Assembly: GCA_051294375.1 (NCBI GenBank)
Contig: JBJCIZ010000146.1
Coordinates: forward strand, 1-10,458
Direction: 5' to 3'
Origin: Paraspadella gotoi
Lineage: Eukaryota > Animalia > Chaetognatha
Length of the DNA: 10,458 bases
The notes below the pieces were generated by a model. The model was not told the DNA's origin. It searched no databases and worked only from the letters and a program-made list of their open reading frames with translations. Position 1 is the first letter of the stretch, and each line of letters starts with the position of its first letter. Below are positions 1 through 8,500 of this stretch, piece by piece. Both the position numbers and the translations under genes were made by a program.

Positions 1-854
1 AAAAACTTTGTGGGGACACTAAGCGCCGTCCAACCTCTTGACTTCTCTTCACACTCTCACCTATCCTTGGTCTCTTCTGGTACTCATCCTTGTCAAGCTT
101 CTTTGCAGCGATCGCCCATGGTTTTGAAGCTACATCAAGTGGACTTACCAAGTTGCTCCATCCATCCCCAAGCCATCAATTCATAACTGTGAGTACTCAT
201 GTGTTTGAGAATTAACTCTTTGGATCGTGACTTTTGGCCCCTTCTTAATAGTAGGAAATAAAAACATCTTCAACACATTAATTATTGGCCATTTTGGACA
301 CAATTCAAAATTTATTTAAATGTAACTCTTTAAACACCTATTTTGCAACATGTTCACGTTTCCAAATCAAGCCACATCTCATAATTACTAATTTTTTATA
401 TTTCTCATCATATACTTCCATTACATCTTACATACCACCCAGCCCCTTTTTTCAAATCCGTTCCTTATCTCAAATTTTTCTATTTCAACTTTCATTCCTT
501 TCAAACTAAGTTTCCACCAACAGTTACTTCAACATCACTTCCATCTAATTCAATTTTAATCACCATTTCATATTCAAGATTCTTCATTCCATTCCATTTC
601 ACCTCGTTTGGCATTCAAATTTCAATTTATTTCTCAGTCAATAAGTGGAATATCGTCTTGGAATATCTTACCAGCTGGCAAATAAAACAATCTACCATGA
701 AATACACAAATCCTTTATAACATAGAGCTCTCTGAATCAAAACGATTCCCACAGGAAAAGCACTTCTTCACCTACAGCTCATGAGAGTTTGCGGTCAAAA
801 CTCCAAACAAGTAAAGTCAATTTTGACCAACATCTATATTTTATTATAAATTAG

Positions 855-973
855 TTTTATGCTTAATCAATTATTTTTTTTTCTGCCTCTCTTATGGCAC
901 CTTAGGTAGCGTAATTATATTTTATGATAATTGTTATTTTTTTTCTGCCCGCCTTTTGGCACTAATTGGGTAG
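855..973 (+). repeat. Two diverged tandem copies (period ~62-65 nt) in the gag leader
   Basis: ttttatg..ttattttttttt-ctgcc-N8-ggcac-ctta-ggtag (855-909) and ttttatg..ttatttttttt-ctgcc-N8-ggcac-taattg-ggtag (920-973). Confidence 0.8.
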
Positions 974-1038
974 TCTATATGTAATCACATATTTTTATTT
1001 AATTACACTTTGATTCCATTTTCTTCTCGCAATCGATC

Positions 1039-2101
1039 ATGAATCCCATTGGAAAAATAAATATAAAACCTTTCTCTTATGGCGAGACACAAGATATAGA
1101 AACTTGGTTGTCAAGATATACACACTGTAGTTGCTGCACTTCCAGATGAAGCTACCAATGAAATTATAACAAATGCTTATCTCAAATACCTTCCAACGAA
1201 ACTGGAAGATTTGGCTTAAAATCTATGAAGGCTCTGAAAACAGAAACAATTGGCCTGCGCTAAAAGATGAGCTCAAACAAAAACTTTCAGACCCCTCAAA
1301 GAAACAAAGATTTCAAGACAATATGGATTCTTTAAATTGGGATCAAGAGATACCGTTACATGTCTTTGAAAACCAAGTCATCACAAAAACTCAAGATCTT
1401 CATCCGCTTGTAGCTCAAATTCCTGAACTCTTCAACCAGGAAATTCACAAAAGATTCATTGCTGGTCTTCCACCTCATTATCAAAGCTTTGTTGATGCAG
1501 GAATACCCCCAAGAACTTATGATATACAAAAAGCGCGTGAACGAGCTGAAAAGTTTCAACTATTACTCAATAAAGATGATAAATCAATGCTGACAGCAAC
1601 CTCTGGATTTAAACACAATAACGCCTTCACTGCTGGAGCAATGGCAGAACCCAATGTTGAAACTCTTGCCTGTAAAATTTCTCAGTTGACCATGACTCAC
1701 AAACAGATGATAGAAACTCAGCAAGAAACCAATGAAAACATAAAAGAAATGCTGGAGAACATGAAGATGGAAAGAGAAAGGGAAGAAAGAAATTATCACT
1801 TTCGCAAATCTGGAAGATCAAATTACGACACATATGATAATCACAATCAACGATTTTATGATTATAACCCCAAAGATGAACGTTTTCAACATGATCACTC
1901 TCAAATCACCCATTGGAATATGATAACAGCTATCAAAAGCCGCAAGGAAGATATCACGATATGGATGACAACCTGTGCAAAGATTATTTTGAATACCAAA
2001 AAGGCCGTTACTATCCTCAACACTCTTTTACTTCAGATTTCCACCACAAAGATGAATACAAAAGAAGACACTATTATGATGAATCTGATTCAGATGAATA
2101 A
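1039..2101 (+). pseudogene. gag: Ty3/Gypsy-like retrotransposon Gag (capsid) gene, about 355 aa when stitched, with three frameshifts (~1120-1125, ~1214-1218, ~1895-1912)
   Basis: ATG at 1039 gives MNPIGKINIKPFSYGETQDIETWLSRY. The next frame gives TVVAALPDEATNEIITNAYLKYLPTKLEDLA, which joins track ORF 1173-2108 at KIYEGSENRNNWPALKDELKQKL...WDQEIPLHVFENQV...RFIAGLPPHYQ. The C-terminus continues in track ORF 1913-2101. The motif series F-x-x-G..D-I-x-x-W-L, L-P-x-x-L-x-x-x-A, W-x-x-L-K-x-x-L, MHR-like E-x-x-L-x-x-F and F-I-x-G-L-P matches Ty3/Gypsy capsid proteins (recognised by eye, no HMM run). Confidence 0.78.
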
Positions 2102-2119
2102 AACATAAATGCTTCAAAT

Positions 2120-2135
2120 ATAACGAGGACGTTAT
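2120..2135 (+). other. Hairpin ATAACG-AGGA-CGTTAT just after the gag stop
   Basis: Perfect 6-bp inverted repeat around an AGGA loop, read directly from the sequence. Confidence 0.7.
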
Positions 2136-2157
2136 CATTCCCATAGTGCCCAAGGAT

Positions 2158-2246
2158 TATTTTTTATCTTTTCTCCCTTTTTATATATATTATTATATAT
2201 TTAAATATTTATTTATGTATTTATTATATATATTTATATGTGTATA
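2158..2246. repeat. T/TA-rich low-complexity tract
   Basis: Mostly T and A with imperfect (TA)n and (TTTA)n runs. Confidence 0.8.
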
Positions 2247-2413
2247 TTGGAGTTTGTCTCAATGAATATTTGCCTTGGTGTTTGTGGTCAGCATACTAAT
2301 CTTATTTTGAACCCTGTGGAATAATTGGAGTTTGTCTCAATGAATATCCTTATTTGCCTTGGTGTTTGTGTTCAGCATACAACTCTTATTGTGGACCGAG
2401 TGAAATAATTGGA
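2246..2413 (+). repeat. Tandem repeat, two units of 78 and 84 nt plus the start of a third
   Basis: attggagtttgtctcaatgaatat..ttgccttggtgtttgtg(g/t)tcagcatac starts at 2246 and 2324; 'attgga' restarts at 2408. Confidence 0.92.
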
Positions 2414-2639
2414 AAGCTATTATATTATTGCTTCTGGACGAATTTTCATTGATGTACCAAGATCTTATGTCATCAACTGATCATCCTCTTCAATATCTAG
2501 ACTCAATCTCATTACGAATGGAAGTCAACGATCAAGTTTTAGTAACTACTTCTTGCAACATTTTGTAGAATTTTATATAGACTTTTGAATAACTTTTTAC
2601 AATATCTTATCTCTATTTTGAACCATGATGGGTATTTGG

Positions 2640-2657
2640 CAAAACGAGGACGTTTTG
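2640..2657 (+). other. Hairpin CAAAACG-AGGA-CGTTTTG upstream of the PPT
   Basis: Perfect 7-bp inverted repeat around AGGA, extendable by two G-U pairs. GAGGAC-centred inverted repeats are common shortly before Ty3/Gypsy PPTs. Confidence 0.75.
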
Positions 2658-2667
2658 TTTTTTGCGC

Positions 2668-2680
2668 AGGAAAGGAGAAG
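2668..2680 (+). promoter_or_regulatory. Putative polypurine tract (plus-strand primer) AGGAAAGGAGAAG
   Basis: 13 purines preceded by a T-tract (2653-2663) and the GAGGAC hairpin. It is followed by A10 rather than the expected TG LTR start. Confidence 0.55.
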
Positions 2681-2800
2681 AAAAAAAAAATTCCGTTTCA
2701 AAATATATAAGAACGAGCGAGCCCTCAAGCTTTCTGAGAGACGGTTTTCTCTTTTAAAAAAAAAAAAGAAAATGACATTTTTTATTCTTTGATAACGCAG

Positions 2801-2829
2801 TGACAGATCCAATGACTGTCGAAACCTTG
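2801..2829 (+). other. Candidate 29-nt micro-exon
   Basis: Acceptor-like tttttattctttgataacgcag| ends at 2800 and consensus donor G|GTGAGT starts at 2830. Splice signals only. Confidence 0.3.
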
Positions 2830-3517
2830 GTGAGTCCGGGACGTAAGCAAGCGAGACACTTAACAAAAGCGAACTTTGAAAACATTTAGAACCGAGAGTA
2901 AAAAAGTTCCAAGTTTTTTGTTTTAGTGATCACCTAAATGTAGTTAGTACTCTAAATTTGGATCATATTTTGAAATCGGATGATATATTGTTTAATGACC
3001 CTTTGGACGATTGAAGTGATTTTCTCCCGATTCCATCCGCTGTATGATTGCCATAAGAAAAATGCATATATTGCAATTTAAATAATACAAAACTTTTTAA
3101 AAAAAAAATTGTTAGACGATGCCTACCTTATTGTTGAAATACTAGAAATAGTTCAGTTCGCTAGCCATGATAAATAGCGATTGTTTATGAAGAGTGTTAT
3201 TAAATTTGAATAATGGCGGAGAGATATGGCGTTATATGGCGTAAATAAACTGCAGAGATATACGTACATATAAAAGTAAAAACTATTAAACTTCCTATCC
3301 GACTGAAAAGATAACATGAACAGAAAGACAAGAGAAAGACGAGGTAGCACTTCTACAGTACTTTTTCCAGCGAAGGCAGAACTGAGTAAAAGGGAAAAGA
3401 AAGAAAAGGGATAGATGGAATAGAGTCAGAGACGCCCGACAGAGCAGAAGAGAGAGGAAGAGACGGAGACAACAAAAAGCAGCGCGGAGGGAGCGGAGCC
3501 GAAAAACGCGCGCGGAA

Positions 3518-3543
3518 GGGAAGCGGGGGAAGGGGGGGTGGGG
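3518..3543 (+). promoter_or_regulatory. G-quadruplex-forming motif at the start of a GC/CpG-rich block (possible promoter region)
   Basis: GGG-AAGC-GGGGG-AA-GGGGGGG-T-GGGG fits G3+N1-7 x4. It is preceded by a GA-rich tract (3390-3480) and a CGCGCGCG run. Confidence 0.55.
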
Positions 3544-3976
3544 TTAACGGTCAATCACCGCGCTGGAAACCGGAGCGAGGCAGCAGAGATTGAAATCCTC
3601 CCGGCGACTATCTCCTCTCAACGCCGGGCAGCACACAGCTGAGACCCTCCCATTAAGCTCAACGAGACTTCAGATTGGCGACATGAATCGTTGTTCTCCC
3701 TCCGTAAAAGGCACAGAAAGGACCGCAGAGCAACGAGGGTGTGAGTTATGTGACCGAAAGGGAAGCCGAGGCGCTTGAGGAAGGAAGAAAAGAGCTGAGT
3801 TTCCACGCGGAGATCCTCGGCGAGTGACTTTTCGCGGTGAGATAGGAAGAGCCGGAGAGCGAGGAGAGACTGAAGGAGGCGAGGAGGAGCCGAGACTAAG
3901 GGGAGGCGTAGGCGGATCAACTCGGCGCGAACGCCGTCGCGGATCAACCAGGTGCCCGTTTCGCCTCAGATCATGC

Positions 3977-4622
3977 ATGCGGAACGCGGTCGTGTGGGCC
4001 CGCCTCCACTTCGACATGCCCAAGCTTCAACTTCGGAACCGTAAGTCGACGTCTATGTTGGTTGCTTATAGTGCGTTGTTGTTATGTGTAGTTGTTTTTT
4101 CTTGTTTCCACACTTCTTCTTCTAGGCTGGCCTTCGGTTTCCCTTCACCACTCCATGTCTCTCCACAACACTTCGACGGTGGGCGTGGGTTCCTTTCGTC
4201 TTTCGTCGTCCCAGCGTTTCACGGGATGGCGGGCCGTCAATACGGATTTCACCCTCACTGCCGCGACGCAGGGTCACGTAGAGCAAGGGTGGAGTCGGCG
4301 AGGACAGTTGAGAAGAGTAGTCTCGCGACTCTGCTCTCACTCTCTCAACCCGCCCTGTAGGGATGCTGCGACGTAAAGCGTCCAACTGTATGGCGTAGTT
4401 CCGGCGGGCGCCTACGACTTCGCCCTCGCTCGTCGATTGTCCTTCAATTGACATCTCGAACGCGATCCTATCCGTCCCGATTGTCGGCGCCAGGCCGTGC
4501 CCGTCATAGGACGAGTAGTTTAAGGCGAACCGTCAGTTGTGAAGTAGTGAGTTTGACTGTTTTTTACTTTATTACGTCCAGTATAGTAGCCGTTTAACTC
4601 TCCTTCTCTCTCTCTCTTCTCT

Positions 4623-4671
<49 letters not shown>

Positions 4672-4842
4672 GTCCCGCTACTCCCGTGGTCCACCTGGGT
4701 GAGGCTTCATTCGGTACGCCTACGATGTCTCAGTCCCGGTCAAACCTCGCGATGAACAGAGATACCGATGCCGGAAATCTCTCCGCCCGGATCTTACGAA
4801 TCTTTTGCTCTGCAACCAGTCCATTATCCCCAAGCAAAAAAG
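3977..4842 (+). CDS. Tentative spliced gene of unknown function: exons 3977-4040, 4126-4372, 4673-4842 (3' end open)
   Basis: Joining at GTAAGT(4041)/TCTAG(4125) and GTAAAG(4373)/ACACAG(4672) keeps one frame open: MRNAVVWARLHFDMPKLQLRN-R-WPSVSLHHS...PPCRDAA-T-PATPVVHLGEASFG...SPLSPSKK. No recognisable domain, and the 4373 donor was chosen post hoc. Confidence 0.22.
4041..4125 (+). other. Spliceosomal GT-AG intron-like segment (85 nt)
   Basis: Perfect donor GTAAGT, T/G-rich body, long pyrimidine tract ttttttcttgtttccacacttcttcttctag, flanked by GC-rich sequence on both sides. Confidence 0.6.
4547..4672 (+). other. Spliceosomal GT-AG intron-like segment (126 nt) containing a (TC)n tract
   Basis: Donor GTGAGT at 4547, tttaac branch-like motif near 4593, (TC)n pyrimidine tract and ACACAG acceptor at 4667-4672. 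Confidence 0.5.
4598..4666. repeat. (TC)n microsatellite
   Basis: About 69 nt of pure pyrimidine, mostly perfect TC repeats. Confidence 0.97.
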
Positions 4843-5119
4843 GTTAATCGTTTTTTTTTTAACTTAAAATAAAAAGATTTGCTTGTCAAAAAAGAAATTG
4901 AGAATTTGTTGTGAGTTTTATCAAGGTGTGAGGACCTGGAAAAAGAGAGAGGTTAAAACAAGTGAAGAGAAAAATCTTCTGGAAAAAGGAGTATGAGAAA
5001 GAAGCATGGAGAAAGAAGAAAGAAAAGTGGCGTGGCGGGGCAGGAGACCAACGAAACAACCTCAGCGTAAGAACTAAAAAACTCAAAGAAAGACGGAAAC
5101 GCGATGAACGACCACGAAA

Positions 5120-5510
5120 GAAATAATAAGAATGAGAATGAAGAAGAAGACTGTGAAGGAGGAGAGAAAGGAGAAAGAGTAATATAAATAAAAAAGAAGA
5201 AGTAGGTTTTTAAAAAAAAAACTGAAGAAAAAAAAAAACTCTCAAAGAAAGAATTCAAAGAAAGACAATATAGGAAATGAAAGAAAGACAAGAAAGACAA
5301 TAGAGAAGAAAATAAAGATTAAAGAAAGAGCAAATAAAGACAAAGAAAGAAAAGAAAGAAAGAAAGAAAAAGAAAGAAAAAAAAAAAGAAAGAAAAAATA
5401 GAAAAAAAGAAATAAAGAAAAAAAGAAAGAAAGAAAAGAAAGAAAGAAGTAAGAAAGAAAGAAAAGAAGAGAAAAAGTAAAAAAGATAAGCAAGACGAGG
5501 AAAAAGTTAG
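5120..5510. repeat. A/G-rich low-complexity region with imperfect (GAAA)n/(GAAAA)n repeats
   Basis: Almost exclusively purines on the + strand, densest at 5340-5480. It generates the F/L/S-rich spurious minus-strand ORFs. Confidence 0.95.
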
Positions 5511-8500
5511 TGAATTCCAGACAGACGATTAGATGCGTTTTGCGCGGCCTTGAGTCGACCGCCTCCTTCGTCTCTCGATGGTGATCAATTTGTTGCCGTG
5601 CGGAGGAGGAAAAGATTTTAAAAGAAGGCGAGGAGAAAACCATTTCGGCGCCGGGAAGCGGAGAAAAATTGGTCTCTCGAGTATTACACGAACTATTATA
5701 TTACAAAGGGATAGCGGCGTAGAAGGAGGCTTATATTTCATTTCGATGCGGCAATGCAGAATCCCCGGCGTTTCCGATCCCCCCAAATTTATCTGCCGTT
5801 GCAATTCTTCGTGGGTAGGGTCGACTCTCCCCTTGCTGGGTGCCTGCCCACTTACTGAGCTTTACCTCCAAAGAGTCGGAATACTTCCCGTCCGACGTCT
5901 CCGCCTCCTCCCGTCCGGCGAGTTCACCGTGCGAACCCATCGTCTCAACATCCTCGGGCATCGCGGAACTGCGGACCCGGTGCTCCGTGGTGATCCATCT
6001 CCTCTGAATAAGTCGTGGCTGTGTAATCTGCTGCGTCGATACAGACGGGCCCCTGTCGCTCAAGAGATCTCAAATCCAGCTTCTCAAAGCTTCGAACTTG
6101 TACGAGACAAGAGCGCGAATGTGTTAAAGGACAAGCGTCCCGCAAGTGGTTCTTAGGGATGAACCGTCTGATGCGTCCGGGTTCCGACGACTCGTGACGG
6201 TTTTCCAGAAAACTAGATCGTGCCAACTGCGACCTATGGCTCGATTGTCTGGCTATCTGACGGGTATGGGCTATGGCTATTACCGGTGGGGATTCTTGTT
6301 TTCTTGTGGAAATTCATGAGTAGGCAGAAAATAAATTGAGAAGAAACTTCAAATAGCAATCAAATAACAACATAACAAAAACCGATCTGCTTTCTCCTCC
6401 AGACCAACTCAGCATCTCCGCACTAGAATCGACGATCTAAGTCTTTTCAAGGCCTCAGTACATCGGCCAATCTTTTGCCCAAGGAGCGGCTATCCTCTCT
6501 GCTGATTCTGCGCGGTTGCTCTCTCAGAGCTTATAAATACTGGATAGTATCAGTGAGTTTGGCATGAAGGGATGTCGTCCATCCTCTTTCGCTCCCTCGC
6601 CGCCGAGAGAGCCCAAGGGAAGAAGCTTAAATGCAGTTTTCTTGGTTTCTCTATTTCATGATCTCCCGAAGATTTCTTTCAACTTTTTTTTTTTCCAGAA
6701 AAATTATCTGGCTCCGCGCACATTATTTTCGCGAGACGAACCACCGTATGCAAGCATTGATAAGAGATTCACGCGAGAATTTTGGTACCATCTCTGATCT
6801 CCTAGATCCTGTAGATTAATCTACACTTTATTCTGCCGTTGTATTTCACTTTGTCCGATTGCGATTAAGCATGATAGTAATCTCTTTCTCTTCACTCTTC
6901 CGTTCTTCTACCTCGCTTCTCCTCTTTTTGGACCCTCTCGTGCTCCGATACTCTGTCTCAACGTTCGAGCATATTATGTCAATACGTATAATATATGTAA
7001 TGATCAGGAAGTAACAGTACTCATGCAAGATCTAATATAATCTCATCATCATATCTCATAAAGAACAATATAGAAATCTCTGCATATACGTCTAGCTACA
7101 TACATACTAACCAATCACATATATATTCCCAAAGAAAAAGAGATTCATAGATAGAGTACTTCTGATGAGACTATAGTAGTGTAGGAAATTAATATAATGC
7201 TTCAGCACTTTTCAAGAATAGAGATGACAATAATATAAATAGTAATTGTATTTTCTCACTTTCTGATTTCGCCAGTGTAATTTTGGTGATGAGGCACTCC
7301 TTAAATCTGGATAATATATTTCTGTATTCTCACGAAGCGTGAGCCAGCACATTAGTTCTATAACGAAACTGTGATAGGATTTACTGGATCGCGAACCGTG
7401 GTTCCTGTACTCTAGATGCCTTCTTTATCGTATCATTTCTATATGAGAATTTGTATATTTCATTTTGGTTGTTATAGTATCTTAGATCTGTACAAGGAAC
7501 TCTTTCACCTATAATATATCACATATATATAAAATGCTAATATTTTTTATAAACATAATATTTATGTTGAGCGATTCATTAAGCAGTTATGAAAAGAAAA
7601 AATTCACACTCATCTACCTCCTTCCAATCTCAATTTAATCCTCCTGATTACTTTGTACCAGATCCTTATCGGAACATTTGGAGTGGTATAATAGAGCGCG
7701 TTGTTTGGACGTCTACAGATCATATTACTGTGAGTTCAGTATTTTGCCGACGAACTGACAGCGTGCAGCTCGTGTAGCTTATACAGATACTCTCATATAA
7801 CATTGCGAACCGAGAAAGACTATTAATTTCAACAGCAATATATGGGGGGGCTACTCTTTTAGTCTTGTTTCAGTCTTATACATTCTTCCTAAAATAAAAA
7901 GAGAAGATTAGATATGTCGCCTCAGAGAGTACCTCGAAAAACAACCGAGAAAAAACATCATAAAAAAAAATCATGGTGAAAATAGAATCATCATAAATTT
8001 TTTTATGATTATATTAATAAAAAAATGCGGACGCTCACCACGAGTGACAATATGGGAAGAACGTGGTATTGTTTTAACTTATCGACATTGTTATATTGCT
8101 GCATAAGAAGCAAGACTACAAATGAGAAAAAAGACATTTCTGGGTAGATAATTCAGGTCCGAGGTTTATAATTAGTGTTGTGTTTTAAACTAAAATTTAC
8201 GATGTGTTGATTGTCGTTCATGCGCGCGGAATCTAACTCATTTTATTTTTTTGCATTCGGTACACCGATGTAAATGAGAAATGTAAGTGTACATCATTCT
8301 ATACTTTGTCCATTCTCTGTTGGTGCAACACACAAAAGCGTATTGCACTCTCAAAGATTGAAGTCTCTATTGAGTATAGGTCAAGACTAGAGAGAAGGGA
8401 TGATGAATTACGTTCGCCATCTTAATTGAACACGGAACGAAACGCGGAGGTCGCTAGCTTGGTATTGTTCCGGAGTGATAGTCGTTGGTTATTATTCCCC

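Larger units (their letters stand above)
1..2680 (+). mobile_element. Putative gag-only (non-autonomous) LTR retrotransposon; 5' boundary unresolved and probably outside the window; 3' LTR not seen
   Basis: Long 5' leader, gag-like gene, short AT-rich 3' region, then a CGAGGACG hairpin, T-tract and purine tract in the order usual just upstream of a Gypsy 3' LTR. No pol-like ORF between the gag stop and the PPT. Confidence 0.55.

Noticed and set aside
1356-1833. Three minus-strand ORFs
   Set aside because: Antisense shadows of the gag frame.
1895-1913. Programmed -1 ribosomal frameshift (gag-pol style)
   Set aside because: No X XXY YYZ slippery heptamer, and the downstream frame is a short low-complexity tail rather than pol.
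2246-2413. CRISPR-like repeat array
   Set aside because: Only two long units, no unique spacers, no cas genes, eukaryotic context.
2120-2657. CsrA/RsmA-binding GGA-loop hairpins
   Set aside because: That is a bacterial system; the context is a eukaryotic retroelement.
2802-2848. Hammerhead-ribozyme-like look: gacag..ctgtc-GAAAC and ttggtga-gtcc-g-ggac-gtaa
   Set aside because: Neither arrangement has an intact CUGANGA together with GAAA, and stems I/III are absent.
4886-5643. Minus-strand F/L/S-rich ORFs resembling membrane proteins
   Set aside because: They are translations of the A/G low-complexity tract.
5529-6226. Overlapping ORFs of 91-192 aa on both strands
   Set aside because: No recognisable motif, several start at non-ATG codons, and they are the stop-poor frames expected in GC-rich DNA. 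A hidden exon cannot be excluded.
7162-7190. CTGATGAG...GAAA hammerhead core
   Set aside because: Stem II does not close (no G-C pair before GAAA) and no stem I/III pairing was found.
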